In this document: in pieces, positions 24,881 through 39,012 of the stretch | How the letters are laid out: each line of letters begins with the position of its first letter | Numbering within the stretch: the stretch's first letter is position 1 | Source of the DNA: Thermodesulfobacteriota bacterium | Lineage (GTDB): Bacteria; Desulfobacterota; Desulfarculia; JACQYL01 | DNA length: 64,000 nt | NCBI GenBank assembly: GCA_963675595.2 | Contig: CAXXLZ010000002.1 | Coordinates: 2,048,001 to 2,112,000, forward strand | Direction: 5' to 3' | Translations under genes and position numbers: made by a program | Notes under the pieces: model-generated | The model's input: the letters and a program-made list of their open reading frames with translations, nothing else | Told to the model about the DNA's origin: nothing | The model's database searches: none

Positions 24881-27800
24881 TCAGAACCTTACCATCCGTC
24901 TGTAGCGCTCCAGTCCCGTGCCCGCAGGGATCAACCGCCCCATGATGACGTTTTCCTTTAGTCCCCTCAGGTAATCCACCTTTCCGGCGATGCTGGCATC
25001 CGTCAGCACGCGGGTGGTTTCCTGAAAGGAAGCGGCGGAAATGAAGCTCTCCGTACTGAGGGAAGCTTTGGTGATTCCCACCAGCATGGGCTCACCTGCG
25101 GCGGGCTTGGCTCCCGCAGACATCACGCGCTCATTTTCAATCTGGAACTTCTGACGTTCGACCTGCTCGCCGATCAGGAAGCTCGTATCACCGGGATCTT
25201 TGACCCGAACCCGACGCAACATCTGCCGGACAATGACCTCGATATGTTTATCATTGATCCGTACCCCCTGAAGACGATAGACCTGCTGCACCTCGTTGAC
25301 CAGGTACTTGGCCAGTTCCTTCACTCCCAGCACGGTGAGGATGTCATGGGGATTCGCGGATCCGTCCATCAGAGGTTCCCCGGCGCGGACGAAATCCCCT
25401 TCATGCACACTGATGTGCTTGCCTTTCGGAATCAGGTATTCTTTGGCCTCTCCCACTTCGGGCGTGATAACGACCTTCCGTTTACCTTTGGTCTGCTTTC
25501 CGAAGACCACCTCACCATCGATCTCACTGACGATGGCGTGCTCCTTGGGCTTCCTGACCTCGAACAATTCGGCCACCCTGGGAAGTCCGCCGGTGATGTC
25601 CTTGGTTTTCGTGGTTTCCCTCGGAATCTTTGCGACTACGTCACCCGCCGATATCGTATCCCCCTCGTTTACCGTGATGATGGCACCGACGGGTAGAGAG
25701 TACCGCGCCACGGCATTGCCCCCCGGAACCTTGGCGGTCTTGCCTTCTTCGTCCTTGATGGAAATACGAGGTCGCGTATCCGTGTGCTTGAACTCGAGGG
25801 TCACTTTACTCGCTTTGCCGGTCACCTCGTCGACCTTTTCCTTCATGGTCTTGCCGGCCACGAGGTCCCCGAACTTAACCCGTCCGGAAACCGCGGTGAT
25901 AATGGGGGTCGTGAACGGATCCCACTCGGCGATAATGTCTCCCGGTTTTACCTCGCTGCCTTCCTTCACCCGCAGCATGGCTCCGTAAATAATCGGATGT
26001 TTTTCCCTCTCATGGCCTTTATCGCTCACCACGGCCAGCGCGCCGTTACGGTTCATCACCACTTCCACGCCGTCCTTGTTGGTCACCGTGCTCAGATTGA
26101 CATAGCGTATCCGGCCCTCGCTCTTGGCCGCGATGTTCGTGGTCTCAATCCGTCGACTCGCCGTACCACCGATGTGGAATGTACGCATGGTCAGCTGGGT
26201 GCCGGGTTCTCCGATGGACTGCGCCGCAATGATCCCGACCGCCTCTCCGATTTCAACCCGTTTGCCGTGAGCCAGGTCGCGCCCGTAGCAGTTGGCGCAG
26301 ACCCCTCGTTCCGATTCGCAAGTCAGCACGCTCCGGATTCTCACTCGCTCGACGCCGGCATCTTCGATGGTGTGCGCCAGAACCTCGTCGATCTCCTGGT
26401 TCCGCTTGGCGATGACCTGCCCGCTGAAAGGATCGATTACGCTTTCGGCAGCCAATCTTCCAATGATGCGCTCACTCAGGGGTTCTATGACCTCACCGGC
26501 CTCACGCAGCGCGTCCACCTCTATCCCGTCAAGCGTCCCACAGTCGTTTTCCGAGATGATGGTATCCTGCGCCACATCCACCAACCTCCGTGTAAGATAC
26601 CCGGAGTTGGCCGTCTTAAGAGCCGTATCCGCGAGTCCTTTGCGAGCGCCGTGAGTTGAAATGAAGTACTGAAGCACGGTGAGGCCTTCTCGAAAGTTGG
26701 CCGTAATGGGCGTTTCGATGATCTCACCGGAAGGTTTGGCCATGAGTCCGCGCATACCGGCAAGCTGCCGAATCTGGTCCTTGCTTCCGCGACTTCCCGA
26801 GTCCGCCATCATGAAGATGGGGTTAAAACTGGCCATCCCTTCCTTGTTGCCTTTTCCATCTTCCACCATGTCGGTGGATATTTCACTCATCATCTCCCGG
26901 GCGACCTGATCGGTGGCCTTGGCCCAGACGTCCACCACCTTGTTGTACTTCTCTCCGTGAGTAATGACACCATCAATGTATTGCCCCTCGATGGTGCGCA
27001 CTTCGTCAGCCGCCCGACCGATGATTTCCTCTTTACGGTGAGGAATCACCATGTCTTTGATGGATATGGAAACACCGGATTTTGTTGCGAAGGAATAACC
27101 AAGGTCCTTAAGCCGGTCGGAAAGAATAACCGTGGCCTTGATCCCCCGTCTTCGGTAACAAACGCCGACCAGGTTCCGAAGCTCTTTCTTGTTCATCACA
27201 CGGTTGACGGCCTCGAAGGGGATTTCCGGAGGTACGATTTCGTACAAGATCACCCGGCCCACCGTGGTGTCGACCATACGGCTCTCACCGCCGCCGTTCA
27301 TTCTGACTTTGATCAGCGCGTGAAGATCCACCTCTCCCGAATCATAAGCCACCCTGACTTCTTTGGGGCTCGAAAAGACGCCGCCTTCACCACGCGCAAA
27401 AGGACGTTCCCTGGTCAGGTAGTAAATGCCCAGCACGATATCCTGGGAAGGCACGATGTTGGGGTCGCCGTTGGCCGGGCTCAGAATGTTGTTCGTGGAC
27501 ATCATGAGCACTCGGGCCTCGATCTGAGCCTCAATGCTCAGAGGAACGTGGACCGCCATCTGGTCGCCGTCGAAATCCGCGTTGTAGGCGCTGCAGACGA
27601 GAGGATGAAGCTGGATCGCTTTACCCTCGATCAGCACCGGCTCAAAAGCTTGAATACCCAATCGGTGCAGCGTGGGGGCACGATTCAGCAGGATGGGATA
27701 CTCGCGGACCACCTCGTCGAGGGTATCCCAGACTTCCGGCGTCTCCCGCTCCACCATCTTTTTGGCGCTCTTGATCGTGGTAACGAGACTCTTCTTTTCC

Positions 27801-28957
27801 AGCCGGTTGTAGATGAACGGCTTGAACAGCTCCAGGGCCATTTTCTTGGGCAAACCACATTGGTGAAGCCGAAGGTCGGGACCCACCACGATCACCGAAC
27901 GACCCGAATAGTCGACACGCTTGCCCAGGAGGTTCTGCCGAAACCGTCCCTGCTTGCCTTTCAACATGTCGCTCAAGGATTTCAGGGGGCGCTTGTTGGG
28001 TCCCGTGATCGTCTTGCCCCGCCGCCCGTTGTCGAACAACACGTCCACCGCTTCCTGAAGCATGCGCTTTTCATTCCGGATGATGATATCCGGCGCACTG
28101 AGCTCCTGGAGTCGTTTCAACCGATTGTTTCTATTGATCACCCGTCGATACAGGTCGTTCAGGTCGGAAGTGGCGAAACGGCCTCCCTCCAAGGGAACCA
28201 GAGGGCGCAGGTCGGGAGGAAGCACCGGGACTACGTCCAGAATCATCCATTCCGGCTTGTTTCCGGAGTCTCTGAACGCCTCCACCACTCGGAGTCGTTT
28301 GGCCAATTTCTTGCGTTTTGTTTCCGATCCGGTGCTCAGCATCTCCTCGCGGAGCGTTACGGATTCTTCCTCCAGTCGGAGCCCGATCAGAATCTCTCTG
28401 ATGGCTTCCGCGCCGATCCCCGCTTTGAATGCGTCCGGCCCATACTCCTCCCTCGCCTGGCGATACTTCTCTTCGGAAAGCAATCCGCCGGCTTCAAGGG
28501 GGGATTCACCGGGATCCAGAACAATGTATGACTCGAAATACAGGACTTTTTCGAGGTCTTTCAGGGTCATGTCCAGCAAGACGCCCACTTTGCTGGGCAG
28601 ACTTTTCATGAACCAGATGTGCGCCACCGGCGTGGCGAGCTGGATATGTCCCATCCGCTCCCGGCGAACCTTGGACTGGATAACCTCGACGCCGCACTTC
28701 TCGCAGATCACCCCTCGGTGCTTCATCCGCTTGTATTTGCCACAATTGCACTCGTAGTCCTTGGTCGGGCCGAAAATCTTCGCGCAGAACAACCCGTCCC
28801 GCTCCGGCTTGAATGTTCTGTAATTGATCGTTTCCGGTTTCTTGACCTCCCCGTGAGACCATTCGAGAATCTTCTCGGGTGACGTCAACGCGATACGAAT
28901 CGCGTTATAGTGCAACGGGTCCTTGGGCTTTGCAAAAAAGCTGTAAACGTCTTCCAT
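24881..28957 (-). CDS. rpoC: RNA polymerase subunit beta'
   Basis: [11 protein letters not shown]-terminal Zn finger, [13 protein letters not shown]. Confidence 0.99.
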   Translation of the reverse strand: MEDVYSFFAKPKDPLHYNAIRIALTSPEKILEWSHGEVKKPETINYRTFKPERDGLFCAKIFGPTKDYECNCGKYKRMKHRGVICEKCGVEVIQSKVRRERMGHIQLATPVAHIWFMKSLPSKVGVLLDMTLKDLEKVLYFESYIVLDPGESPLEAGGLLSEEKYRQAREEYGPDAFKAGIGAEAIREILIGLRLEEESVTLREEMLSTGSETKRKKLAKRLRVVEAFRDSGNKPEWMILDVVPVLPPDLRPLVPLEGGRFATSDLNDLYRRVINRNNRLKRLQELSAPDIIIRNEKRMLQEAVDVLFDNGRRGKTITGPNKRPLKSLSDMLKGKQGRFRQNLLGKRVDYSGRSVIVVGPDLRLHQCGLPKKMALELFKPFIYNRLEKKSLVTTIKSAKKMVERETPEVWDTLDEVVREYPILLNRAPTLHRLGIQAFEPVLIEGKAIQLHPLVCSAYNADFDGDQMAVHVPLSIEAQIEARVLMMSTNNILSPANGDPNIVPSQDIVLGIYYLTRERPFARGEGGVFSSPKEVRVAYDSGEVDLHALIKVRMNGGGESRMVDTTVGRVILYEIVPPEIPFEAVNRVMNKKELRNLVGVCYRRRGIKATVILSDRLKDLGYSFATKSGVSISIKDMVIPHRKEEIIGRAADEVRTIEGQYIDGVITHGEKYNKVVDVWAKATDQVAREMMSEISTDMVEDGKGNKEGMASFNPIFMMADSGSRGSKDQIRQLAGMRGLMAKPSGEIIETPITANFREGLTVLQYFISTHGARKGLADTALKTANSGYLTRRLVDVAQDTIISENDCGTLDGIEVDALREAGEVIEPLSERIIGRLAAESVIDPFSGQVIAKRNQEIDEVLAHTIEDAGVERVRIRSVLTCESERGVCANCYGRDLAHGKRVEIGEAVGIIAAQSIGEPGTQLTMRTFHIGGTASRRIETTNIAAKSEGRIRYVNLSTVTNKDGVEVVMNRNGALAVVSDKGHEREKHPIIYGAMLRVKEGSEVKPGDIIAEWDPFTTPIITAVSGRVKFGDLVAGKTMKEKVDEVTGKASKVTLEFKHTDTRPRISIKDEEGKTAKVPGGNAVARYSLPVGAIITVNEGDTISAGDVVAKIPRETTKTKDITGGLPRVAELFEVRKPKEHAIVSEIDGEVVFGKQTKGKRKVVITPEVGEAKEYLIPKGKHISVHEGDFVRAGEPLMDGSANPHDILTVLGVKELAKYLVNEVQQVYRLQGVRINDKHIEVIVRQMLRRVRVKDPGDTSFLIGEQVERQKFQIENERVMSAGAKPAAGEPMLVGITKASLSTESFISAASFQETTRVLTDASIAGKVDYLRGLKENVIMGRLIPAGTGLERYRRMVRF

Positions 28958-28971
28958 AGTTGTCCTCCGGG

Positions 28972-31900
28972 CTAGACTTCCGAATCCTCAATCAACTCCA
29001 CGTCCAGGCAAAGGCTTTTCAGCTCCTTCACCAACACGTTGAATGATTCGGGCAATCCGGCCTCGAGTACGTTGTCGCCCTTGACGATCTTCTCATACAT
29101 TCTTGTCCGGCCGGCCACGTCGTCCGATTTGACCGTGAGAAATTCCTGCAGGCTGTAGGCCGCGCCGTAGGATTCCATCGCCCAGACCTCCATCTCGCCC
29201 AATCGCTGTCCACCGAATTGAGCCTTACCGCCGAGAGGTTGTTGGGTGACCAGAGAGTAAGGACCGATGGAACGTGCATGGAGCTTGTCGTCCACCAAGT
29301 GGTGGAGCTTCAGGATATACATCATACCCACGGTTACTTCCCGGTCGAACTCCTCCCCCGAACGTCCGTCTCGGAGGCGGCACCGGCCGGTGAGCGGAAG
29401 ACCGGCTTCCTCGAGGCACTCTTCGATTTCGTCCTCAGTGGCTCGATCGAAAACCGGAGTGGCCAATTTGACCCCTCGTTTTGCGCGCTTGGCGAACTCC
29501 ACCAGCTCGTCATCTGTGAAATCTCCGAAAAAGCGCTTATATTCGTCTTCAGAAAAGACCTTCTGAAGTTTCTTCCTTATTATCTGGGGAGCATTGACCT
29601 GCTTGACCGTTTCGTAGATCTGATTGCCCAAGGCATGAGCGCACCACCCCAGATGCGTCTCGAGAACTTGGCCCACGTTCATACGTGAAGGGACGCCCAG
29701 CGGATTGAGGACCACGTCCACCGGCGTACCGTCCTCGAAGAAAGGCATATCCTCCACCGGTAGAATTCTGGAAACAACGCCCTTATTGCCGTGACGGCCG
29801 GCCATCTTGTCGCCTACCGAAAGCTTTCGCTTGATCGCAATATACACCTTGATCATGCGGATCACGCCCGGGGGTAGTTCATCACCTTTCTTCAGCTTGC
29901 TGATCTTTTCCTCGAACAGCATCTTAATGATGGCCACCTGCTCCGTGTATCGATCGAGAAGCTCTTCGATTCGCGGTCGGATTTTCTCTTCGTTCTTAAA
30001 GAGGACCGTCTTCCAGAGCTGGATCGGCACCGTTTCGGCCAACTCCCGCGTCACCTTCTGTTTCGGAGCCAGCAGTTGTCTCCCCCTCATATCGGCCAGT
30101 TCCGTTTCCACATCCTCACCGACGATCACGGGTGCGAGACGATCCAAGATGTTCTTACGGATGACCTCGATCTCGTCCTGCTGGTCCTTTCTGAGACGCT
30201 CCACTTCCTTGTCTTCGATGATCTTGGCTCTTCCGTCCTTTTCAACTCCTCTGCGCGAGAAGATGCGGGCGTCGATCACGATCCCCTCGACCCCGGGAGG
30301 TACCCTCAGGGACGTATCCTTCACATCCCCGGCCTTCTCGCCGAAAATGGCGCGCAGCAGCTTTTCCTCGGGGGACAACATGGTTTCGCCTTTGGGCGTC
30401 ACCTTCCCAACGAGAATATCACCGGGTTTCACCTCGGCACCGACGCGAATGATGCCGCTTTCGTCCAGGTTCTTCAGGGCCTCTTCCCCCACATTGGGAA
30501 TGTCCCTGGTGATCTCTTCTTCACCAAGCTTGGTGTCGCGGGCGAGCACCTCGAATTCCTCAATGTGTATGGAAGTGTACACGTCTTCCATCACCAACCG
30601 CTCGCTCACCAGGATCGAGTCTTCGAAATTGTACCCTCCCCAACTCATGAAGGCGACCATGGCGTTTCGTCCCAGGGCGAGCTCGCCTCCCGCGGTGGCG
30701 GGGCCGTCCGCGATGATCTGACCGGGATACACCTGATCACCCTTGCCCACGATAGGTTTCTGGTTGATGCAGGTATTCTGGTTGGATCTTTGGTATTTCG
30801 TCAGCTTGAAGATTTCCACCTTGGACGCCAGATCTTCGCCCTGGCCACGATCACCGTCGTCCTCGTACCGCAGGACGATTCTGGTGGCATCCACATCCTC
30901 GACGTAGGCGCGGCGAGGCGCGGCGATGCTGACACCCGAGTCTTTGGCCACCACGTTTTCCATCCCGGTGCCCACCAAGGGTGCTTCGCTCCGCAATAGA
31001 GGAACGGCCTGACGTTGCATGTTGGAACCCATCAGGGCCCGGTTGGCGTCGTCGTTTTCCAGGAACGGAATCAGGGATGCGGCCACACTCACGAGCTGGT
31101 TTGGAGACACGTCCATATACCGAACGTACTCCGGCGCAACCATGGTGAGTTCACCCGTGACCCGGCATGAAACTTGAGGACGAGTGAAGCGACCTTCTTC
31201 GTCGAGCGGAGCGTTCGCCTGCGCAATGGGGTAGTCTCTTTCCTCCAGCGCGGTGAGAAATACCACCTCGGAGGTCACCCGGCCGTTTTCCACGACGCGG
31301 TTCGGCGTTTCTATGAACCCGAACTCATTGACCCTGGCGTAGGTGGACAAGGAAACGATCAGCCCGATGTTCGGTCCTTCAGGGGTTTCGATGGGACAAA
31401 TCCGTCCGTAATGGGTCGGATGAACGTCGCGGACCTCGAAACCGGCTCGTTCGCGGGTCAAGCCTCCCGGTCCCAAAGCGCTGAGCCTCCGTTTGTGGGT
31501 CACCTCGCTGAGGGGGTTGGTTTGATCCATGAATTGAGAGAGCTGACTTGTGCCGAAGAACTCCTTCACCACCGCGGAAACCGGCTTCGGGTTCACCAGG
31601 TCGTGGGGCATCAGAGTCTCGATCTCCTGAAGACTCATGCGCTCCTTAATCGCCCTCTCCATACGCACCAAGCCGATGCGATACTGGTTTTCCAGCAGCT
31701 CGCCCACGGCGCGCACTCTCCGGTTGCCCAGGTGATCGATGTCGTCGGGCTGGCCTTCCTTCTCTTTCAGAGCGATCAGGTGCTTGACGGCAAGAATGAT
31801 GTCTTCCCGCCTCAGAGTCCGCAAGGACAGCGGAACCTCTTCCGTTTCCAGTTTGAGGTTCAGCTTCATGCGTCCCACTGTGGACAAATCATAATGCTCG

Positions 31901-33102
31901 GGGTCGGAGAACAAATTGTCAAAGAATCGAGTGGCGAATCGGGCCGCAATCTCTTGCGTCGGAGGATTGCTCGGCCGAAGTTTCCGGTAAATCTCAATGA
32001 GGGCCTCTTCTCGATCCTTCACCTTATCCAAGGCCAGTGTGTCCCTGAGGGCGGTGGATTGATCCGGTCGATTCACATAGAGAAGCCTCAATTCCCGTAC
32101 TCCGGCTCCCAGTACCTTCTCTAGAAGCTCCGGCGTGAGCTCGTCATTGGTCTCGGCAACCACTTCCCCTGTTGAATCATCCACCGCGTCCCGCGCGAGA
32201 TAGCGGCCGATGAGATCCTCAAGACGGCCTTCCACCTTACGCACACCCGCCGCCTCCAGCTTGGACAGCGCTGATTTGGTGAAACGTCTGTCCTTGGCCA
32301 GAATCACTTCGTTGGACTCGGGATCCGTGACGTCGGCGGCAGCCTTGTCTCCTAAGAGTACCGCGGGATTAACCTCCCTCCATACCTGTTCCCCCTCCAG
32401 GAGCACGTCTTCTTGAAGATAGAACGTATCGAGGAGACTCTCTTTGTCATAACCCAGCGCTTTGAGGAACAACGTCACCGGGAACTTGCGCCTTCGATCG
32501 ATGCGGACGTACAAAATGTCTTTGGCATCGAATTCGAGATCGATCCAGGAACCCCGCAAAGGAATGATGCGCGCGGAGTAGAGTAGTTTTCCACTCGAAT
32601 GCGTCTTTCCTCGATCATGATCGAAGAATATACCCGGGCTTCGATGAAGCTGGCTGACGATCACTCTTTCGGTTCCGTTCACAATGAACGTCCCGTTTTC
32701 GGTCATCAACGGGATGGTACCGAAGTAAATTTCTTGTTCCTTGATGTCCCGGATGCTGTGGGATCCGGTTTCCTTATCCACATCATAGACGGTCAGCCGA
32801 ACCGTGAGTTTCACGGGGGCTTCATACGTCATACCGCGGGTAAGGCATTCGGACTTATCGTACTTCACATCCCCGAACTGGTACTTCACAAAATCCAAGG
32901 ACGAAGTATTGCCGAAATCCCGGATGGGAAAAACGCTTTTAAACGCTCCCTGAAGACCTATGTCGTCGCGCTCATCCGGCGGTACATCTTTCTGCAGAAA
33001 TCGTTCGTACGAATCCCTCTGCATGTCGATGAGGTTGGGTATGTCAATTATCTTACTGATTTTACCGAAACTTTTACGGACCAGACGGCCATCAAGTGCC
33101 AT
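28972..33102 (-). CDS. rpoB: RNA polymerase subunit beta
   Basis: [31 protein letters not shown]. Confidence 0.99.
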   Translation of the reverse strand: MALDGRLVRKSFGKISKIIDIPNLIDMQRDSYERFLQKDVPPDERDDIGLQGAFKSVFPIRDFGNTSSLDFVKYQFGDVKYDKSECLTRGMTYEAPVKLTVRLTVYDVDKETGSHSIRDIKEQEIYFGTIPLMTENGTFIVNGTERVIVSQLHRSPGIFFDHDRGKTHSSGKLLYSARIIPLRGSWIDLEFDAKDILYVRIDRRRKFPVTLFLKALGYDKESLLDTFYLQEDVLLEGEQVWREVNPAVLLGDKAAADVTDPESNEVILAKDRRFTKSALSKLEAAGVRKVEGRLEDLIGRYLARDAVDDSTGEVVAETNDELTPELLEKVLGAGVRELRLLYVNRPDQSTALRDTLALDKVKDREEALIEIYRKLRPSNPPTQEIAARFATRFFDNLFSDPEHYDLSTVGRMKLNLKLETEEVPLSLRTLRREDIILAVKHLIALKEKEGQPDDIDHLGNRRVRAVGELLENQYRIGLVRMERAIKERMSLQEIETLMPHDLVNPKPVSAVVKEFFGTSQLSQFMDQTNPLSEVTHKRRLSALGPGGLTRERAGFEVRDVHPTHYGRICPIETPEGPNIGLIVSLSTYARVNEFGFIETPNRVVENGRVTSEVVFLTALEERDYPIAQANAPLDEEGRFTRPQVSCRVTGELTMVAPEYVRYMDVSPNQLVSVAASLIPFLENDDANRALMGSNMQRQAVPLLRSEAPLVGTGMENVVAKDSGVSIAAPRRAYVEDVDATRIVLRYEDDGDRGQGEDLASKVEIFKLTKYQRSNQNTCINQKPIVGKGDQVYPGQIIADGPATAGGELALGRNAMVAFMSWGGYNFEDSILVSERLVMEDVYTSIHIEEFEVLARDTKLGEEEITRDIPNVGEEALKNLDESGIIRVGAEVKPGDILVGKVTPKGETMLSPEEKLLRAIFGEKAGDVKDTSLRVPPGVEGIVIDARIFSRRGVEKDGRAKIIEDKEVERLRKDQQDEIEVIRKNILDRLAPVIVGEDVETELADMRGRQLLAPKQKVTRELAETVPIQLWKTVLFKNEEKIRPRIEELLDRYTEQVAIIKMLFEEKISKLKKGDELPPGVIRMIKVYIAIKRKLSVGDKMAGRHGNKGVVSRILPVEDMPFFEDGTPVDVVLNPLGVPSRMNVGQVLETHLGWCAHALGNQIYETVKQVNAPQIIRKKLQKVFSEDEYKRFFGDFTDDELVEFAKRAKRGVKLATPVFDRATEDEIEECLEEAGLPLTGRCRLRDGRSGEEFDREVTVGMMYILKLHHLVDDKLHARSIGPYSLVTQQPLGGKAQFGGQRLGEMEVWAMESYGAAYSLQEFLTVKSDDVAGRTRMYEKIVKGDNVLEAGLPESFNVLVKELKSLCLDVELIEDSEV

Positions 33103-33455
33103 AGTTCGGTACCCTCTTAAAAGGCTGATCGGAGTTCTTGTTTTCTGGTGACAAGAAGGCCCTTAATCCCTAAGGAATGAAGAGGCTTTGAGTGATGGAA
33201 ACGACGTGCCGGCCTGTGCGGGCGTAGGAAAGGGAAAAAGACGTTCGACCGTGCACAAACCATGATCGAGGCTGTCGGAAGTCGAGAACGATCGGCGTAT
33301 CGGACAGGAACGGAAAACCACGGCCAACCTCACGGCGCACTGTTCCCTTTCTCCCGACGGAAGCGACAACCATCGTTTCACTTTCGTCGCGGATCCATGA
33401 ACACTGTGTCCGTGAGGTCTTCACCCGACGATCCGGCGTGCGGCGGGGAATAAGA

Positions 33456-33848
33456 CTACTTAATCTCCACCGAAGCACCGGCTTCTTCCAATTGCTTCTT
33501 GATGTCTTCCGCTTCTTCTTTGACCACGCCTTCCTTGATCGGACCGGGAATCTTTTCAACCATTTCCTTGGCTTCCTTCAAGCCGAGTCCGGTGATGGCG
33601 CGCACCACCTTGATCACCTGAATCTTCTGCGAACCGAAGCTGGTGAGAATTACGTCAAACTCGGTCTTCTCTTCGACTTCCGCGGCAGCCTCTCCGCCGG
33701 CCACTCCGGGCATGGCGGCCATAGCCACGGGCGCCGCAGCCGTTACACCGAATTTTTCTTCCAACTCCTTAATCATTTCCGACAGGTCAAGCACCGTCAT
33801 GTTGGAAATGAAGTCGATTACGTCTTCTTTGGTTATATTAGCTGCCAT
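33456..33848 (-). CDS. rplL: 50S ribosomal protein L7/L12
   Basis: [22 protein letters not shown]. Confidence 0.99.
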   Translation of the reverse strand: MAANITKEDVIDFISNMTVLDLSEMIKELEEKFGVTAAAPVAMAAMPGVAGGEAAAEVEEKTEFDVILTSFGSQKIQVIKVVRAITGLGLKEAKEMVEKIPGPIKEGVVKEEAEDIKKQLEEAGASVEIK

Positions 33849-33927
33849 CGCTATGCCCTCCTTAAGTTAGATCCTGACCAATACCGATGGGGTTCGGGAT
33901 ACGGCGCACAACTCGATGTCCCGAGGA

Positions 33928-34455
33928 TCAGGAGCTCTCGCCTTCCTTCTTGTCCCTGACCGCAACCAGGGTCCCCATAAATTTCTGCAAAACCCCCGCG
34001 AGTACCCGTACAAAACCGGTCGGCACTGCGTTCATCGCCGACAACATCTGGGCGAGCAGCACATCTCTCTCCGGCAGCTTGCCCAACTCGCCGACATCCT
34101 TTTCCGAAAGAACCCGATCCGAAAGGATTCCCCCCTTGACCTGAAGGTGCTGATTCTTCTTCATAAACTCAGTAATCACCTTCGCGGTCGAGGCGGCGTC
34201 CTTGTACACCAGCGCCAGCGCCACGGGCCCCTTAAACAAGTCCCTCATCTTGTCCTGCGGGGTGTCTTGACTGGCCAGTCTCAAAAGGGTGTTTTTGACT
34301 ACCTTGAACTCCGTGCCCGTCTCACGCAGATCGGCGCGCAGCCGATTCATGGCATCGACGGTGAGCCCCTTGTAGTCCGTAACTACCGTCATGCGGCTCC
34401 TCGAAAGCCGTTCTTTCAGGTCCTCGACGACCTGTGCTTTCTCTTGTCGATTCAA
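33928..34455 (-). CDS. rplJ: 50S ribosomal protein L10 (TTG start)
   Basis: DYKGLTV, VVKNTL; lies between rplA and rplL. Confidence 0.97.
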   Translation of the reverse strand: MNRQEKAQVVEDLKERLSRSRMTVVTDYKGLTVDAMNRLRADLRETGTEFKVVKNTLLRLASQDTPQDKMRDLFKGPVALALVYKDAASTAKVITEFMKKNQHLQVKGGILSDRVLSEKDVGELGKLPERDVLLAQMLSAMNAVPTGFVRVLAGVLQKFMGTLVAVRDKKEGESS

Positions 34456-34481
34456 AGCTCCATCCCTCCTTCCCCGAACGG

Positions 34482-35189
34482 CTACTGCCTTGCGAGGGCA
34501 CGCACTTCGTTGGGGTCGATCTTCACGCCGGGGCCCATAGTGGTCGAGATGGCGATGCCCCGGAGGTAGGTACCTTTGCTGGTCGTCGGTTTGGCTCGGA
34601 CGATGACGTCAAAGAAAGAGGCCAGATTCTCGATGAGTTTCTCCGATCCGAAAGACACCTTGCCCATGGGAGCATGAACGACGCCGGTACGGTCGACGCG
34701 GAACTCGATCTTCCCCGCCTTGAGTTCACGCACGGCTTTGGCCACTTCGAAAGTCACCGTCCCCACTTTGGCATTGGGCATCAAACCACGAGGGCCCAAC
34801 AGCCTCCCCAGCTTCCCGACCATACCCATGACATCCGGCGTTGCCACGGCCTTGTCGAATTCCAGCCAGCCCCCCTGGACTTTTTCCACCAGTTCTTCCG
34901 CACCCGCATAGTCGGCGCCGGCGTCCATGGCTTCCTTTTCTTTTTCGCCCTTGGCGAACACCAGGACTCGAGCGGTTCTTCCCGTGCCGTGCGGCAGCAC
35001 TACGGTGCCTCGAACCATCTGGTCCGCGTGCCTAGGATCCACGCCCAACCGCACGGCAACGTCCACGGATTCATCAAATTTGGCGAAGGAGCTTACCAGT
35101 GCCAGAGCCACTCCCTCCTCGAAGGAATATTTCTTCAACCGGTCCAGCTTTTCTCTCGCGTTCCGAAGGTTTTTTCCTCTTGTCGGCAT
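34482..35189 (-). CDS. rplA: 50S ribosomal protein L1
   Basis: [22 protein letters not shown]. Confidence 0.99.
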   Translation of the reverse strand: MPTRGKNLRNAREKLDRLKKYSFEEGVALALVSSFAKFDESVDVAVRLGVDPRHADQMVRGTVVLPHGTGRTARVLVFAKGEKEKEAMDAGADYAGAEELVEKVQGGWLEFDKAVATPDVMGMVGKLGRLLGPRGLMPNAKVGTVTFEVAKAVRELKAGKIEFRVDRTGVVHAPMGKVSFGSEKLIENLASFFDVIVRAKPTTSKGTYLRGIAISTTMGPGVKIDPNEVRALARQ

Positions 35190-35213
35190 AGCCTTGACTC
35201 CGTCGTCCCCTGT

Positions 35214-35636
35214 TTAGATCACTTCGATACCCATGCTGCGGGCCGTGCCACTCACGATATTGACCGCGCCGGCCAGATCGACGGCGTTCAGGTCCGGCAT
35301 TTTCAGCTTGGCGATGTCTTCCACCTGCGATTTCGTGACTTTGGCAACCTTCACCCGATTGGGTTCGGACGAGCCTTTCGTTATGTTGGCGGCCTGCTTG
35401 AGCAGAATGCTCACCGGCGGCGTTTTCGTAATGAAGGTGAAGGACCGGTCGGCGTAAACCGTAATCACCACCGGAGTAATGGTTCCGTCCTGGTCCTTGG
35501 TCCTGGCGTTGAACGCCTTGCAGAAGTCCATGATGTTCACGCCGTGCTGACCTAATGCGGGCCCAATCGGTGGGGACGGATTCGCCTGCCCCGCAGGGAC
35601 TTGAAGCTTGATATTTGCAACCACTTTTTTGGCCAT
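35214..35636 (-). CDS. rplK: 50S ribosomal protein L11
   Basis: [27 protein letters not shown]. Confidence 0.99.
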   Translation of the reverse strand: MAKKVVANIKLQVPAGQANPSPPIGPALGQHGVNIMDFCKAFNARTKDQDGTITPVVITVYADRSFTFITKTPPVSILLKQAANITKGSSEPNRVKVAKVTKSQVEDIAKLKMPDLNAVDLAGAVNIVSGTARSMGIEVI

Positions 35637-35762
35637 TCGTTATGCTCCTTCTTCGCCCTCACCCATCCTCAACCTGCCCCTTGGGAATTTGGAGGCACGG
35701 ACATTGACGAACCCGAATTCACCGCCGTCGAAATTTCTTACGCCGGTCACCCTCCATCGGAA

Positions 35763-36293
35763 TCACATGCCGGTCACTTGGATGAAGTCCAGCTCCACGG
35801 GTGTGGACCTTCCAAAAATACTGATCAAAACTCGCAGCTTACCCTTTTCGGGTTTCACTTCTTCCACGACGCCCGTGAAATTGGAGAACGGTCCGTCAAT
35901 CACCCGCACTTCATCGCCCTCGGCAAAGGCATACTTAGGTTTGGGCTGTACCGTACCCGTTTCAATCTGCGAAATAATCGCCTTTGCCTCTTCATCCGGA
36001 ATCGGAATAGGTAAAGTGCCGTCTCCGATGAACCCCGTAATCTTCGGGGTTTCCTGCACGAGGTGCCACGAATCCTCGTTCATAACCATTCGAACCAGTA
36101 CATAACCGGGATAGAACTTCCTTGAAGAAGTCTTTCTTTCTCCCTTTACCAGTTCAACGACTTGTTCCGTGGGAACCAGAACCCCCTCGAAATACTCTTC
36201 CATGTGGTGAGATCGAATGCGCTCTTCCAGGGCGTTTTTCACCTTGTTCTCGTAGCCCGAATAGGTATGAATGATGTACCACTTCATATCCAT
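35763..36293 (-). CDS. nusG: Transcription elongation factor NusG
   Basis: WYIIHTYSGYE, YPGYVLV, KOW, IFGRSTPVEL. Confidence 0.99.
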   Translation of the reverse strand: MDMKWYIIHTYSGYENKVKNALEERIRSHHMEEYFEGVLVPTEQVVELVKGERKTSSRKFYPGYVLVRMVMNEDSWHLVQETPKITGFIGDGTLPIPIPDEEAKAIISQIETGTVQPKPKYAFAEGDEVRVIDGPFSNFTGVVEEVKPEKGKLRVLISIFGRSTPVELDFIQVTGM

Positions 36294-36302
36294 GCGAATT
36301 TC

Positions 36303-36683
36303 CTAGCGCATCACGGTGGTGAGAGCTTTTGTGAGGCCGGCATCCACCAATCCCAAATAAAGAGCCAGAATTCCCACGAGGACCAGCACCACCGCCGTGG
36401 TACCCATCGCTTCTTTTCTGGAAGGCCAAGTCACCTTCCGCAATTCGACCTTCACTTCCCTCAAGAACTGCCGAGCCTTATCAATCCATTGTACCTTTTC
36501 GGCTCCGTTCTTGGATTTCTTGCCCGAAGGTTTCTGCGACCCCTTATCCTTCTTCGCCTTCGCGGGACCGGTCTTCTGAGCCTTCCCCACGTCGGCGGAC
36601 TTATTCTTCCCGGAGTTGCGAACTCCGGCCGCCTTTGCGGGTTTTGCCGCGACGTTTTCGCTCTGTCTTTCCGGTTTCGCCAT
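36303..36683 (-). CDS. secE: Preprotein translocase subunit SecE with long Lys-rich N-terminus (start 36683)
   Basis: FLREVKVELRKVTWPSR plus one TM helix; the longer ORF-track start lies inside tRNA-Trp. Confidence 0.93.
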   Translation of the reverse strand: MAKPERQSENVAAKPAKAAGVRNSGKNKSADVGKAQKTGPAKAKKDKGSQKPSGKKSKNGAEKVQWIDKARQFLREVKVELRKVTWPSRKEAMGTTAVVLVLVGILALYLGLVDAGLTKALTTVMR

Positions 36684-36719
36684 TTGTGCGCGTCTCACGG
36701 TCGTATAAGGGTATAAAAA

Positions 36720-36796
36720 TGGCAGGCCAGGAGGGATTCGAACCCCCATCACCCGGATTTGGAGTCCGGTGCTCTAGCCGTTAGAGCTACTGGCCT
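36720..36796 (-). tRNA. tRNA-Trp (CCA)
   Basis: Cloverleaf; anticodon loop CTCCAAA; GTTCGAAT T-loop; encoded CCA end. Confidence 0.97.
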
Positions 36797-36828
36797 GCAA
36801 AGAAAACCCGCAATCACCCAACAGGCGC

Positions 36829-36978
36829 TTACTTCGCTTCTTTATGCACGGTGTGCGTATGGCAGAAGCGGCAGTACTTTTTGAACTCGAGTTTGTCGGG
36901 GGTCCGTCTCTTATTCTTCGTCGTCGTGTAGTTCCGCTGCTTGCATTCCGTACAGCGCAGGGTGACGATGTCTCTCAT
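36829..36978 (-). CDS. rpmG: 50S ribosomal protein L33 (49 aa, Zn-binding form; absent from ORF track)
   Basis: Manual translation [49 protein letters not shown]. Confidence 0.97.
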   Translation of the reverse strand: MRDIVTLRCTECKQRNYTTTKNKRRTPDKLEFKKYCRFCHTHTVHKEAK

Positions 36979-36997
36979 GGCCGAACTCCAAATCCTT

Positions 36998-38191
<1,194 letters not shown>

Positions 38192-38232
38192 GACGGTTCC
38201 TCCTTAAAGCCTTGTACACTCGAAAAGTATAA

Positions 38233-38309
38233 TGGAGCCCACGACCGGGCTCGAACCGGTGAACCTCTTCCTTACCAAGGAAGTGCTCTACCTACTGAGC
38301 TACGTGGGC
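38233..38309 (-). tRNA. tRNA-Thr (GGT)
   Basis: Cloverleaf GCCCACG...CGTGGGC-TCCA; anticodon loop TTGGTAA. Confidence 0.97.
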
Positions 38310-38318
38310 TTAAAAGTT

Positions 38319-38395
38319 TGGAGCGGGAAACGGGACTCGAACCCGCGACCCTCAGCTTGGAAGGCTGACGCTCTAGCCGACTGAGCTATTCCCGC
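38319..38395 (-). tRNA. tRNA-Gly (TCC)
   Basis: GCGGGAA acceptor stem; loop CTTCCAA; CCA end. Confidence 0.97.
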
Positions 38396-38470
38396 TTACG
38401 TGTCGACCTTGAGGTTTCCAAGGATTGTAGTATGCGATGATTCATCTCCTACACGCCTCGAATCTGTTAG

Positions 38471-38555
38471 TGGTGGAGAGGGGAGGATTCGAACCTCCGA
38501 AGGCTGAGCCGACAGATTTACAGTCTGTTCCCTTTGGCCGCTCGGGAACCTCTCC
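38471..38555 (-). tRNA. tRNA-Tyr (GTA)
   Basis: Long variable arm; loop CTGTAAA; CCA end. Confidence 0.97.
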
Positions 38556-38626
38556 ACGGAAAAGGTGGGTTTATGACGGGTACGGGTGCTACTCGATCAT
38601 CAACCTACTCATTGATGTTTCATTCA

Positions 38627-38702
38627 TGGAGCTGGCGATGGGACTCGAACCCGCAACCGGCTGATTACAAATCAGCTGCTCTGCCATTTGAGCTACGCCA
38701 GC
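38627..38702 (-). tRNA. tRNA-Thr (TGT)
   Basis: GCTGGCG acceptor stem; loop TTTGTAA; CCA end. Confidence 0.97.
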
Positions 38703-38842
38703 GAGTATGTTGAGAACCTCACCATACCGTAGGGTCGGGCGACTCCGGTTGACCGCTCCGCCCGAGCAATAAAGGAGGAGTGCTCCCCTCCCTCACTTTC
38801 GGAGTGAGTGTTCTAAATATCCATATCCAAAACGAAAGTAGA

Positions 38843-38872
38843 CTTATACCTACCTGAGAAGCAGCAAGTCAA
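38843..38872 (-). promoter_or_regulatory. sigma70-like promoter of the tRNA-tuf operon, TTGACT-N18-TATAAG
   Basis: Near-consensus boxes, T-tract upstream, ~140 bp before the first tRNA. Confidence 0.55.
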
Positions 38873-39012
38873 GAAAAAAATGCTCCGCCGTATTCATGAC
38901 TTCAAAATTTCATCTAGCCTCACCCATGAATCACGCATGGGACGGGGCCCCTCTCGGGCAACCTTTTGCCCCCGTCCCCGGTCGCACGCATCCCACCGCC
39001 GTAAGCTTCCCC

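Noticed and set aside
31480-31560. Rifampicin- or streptomycin-resistance alleles in rpoB and rpsL
   Set aside because: The RpoB cluster I sequence ([23 protein letters not shown]) and the S12 PKKPNS and RVKDLP motifs are wild-type-like.
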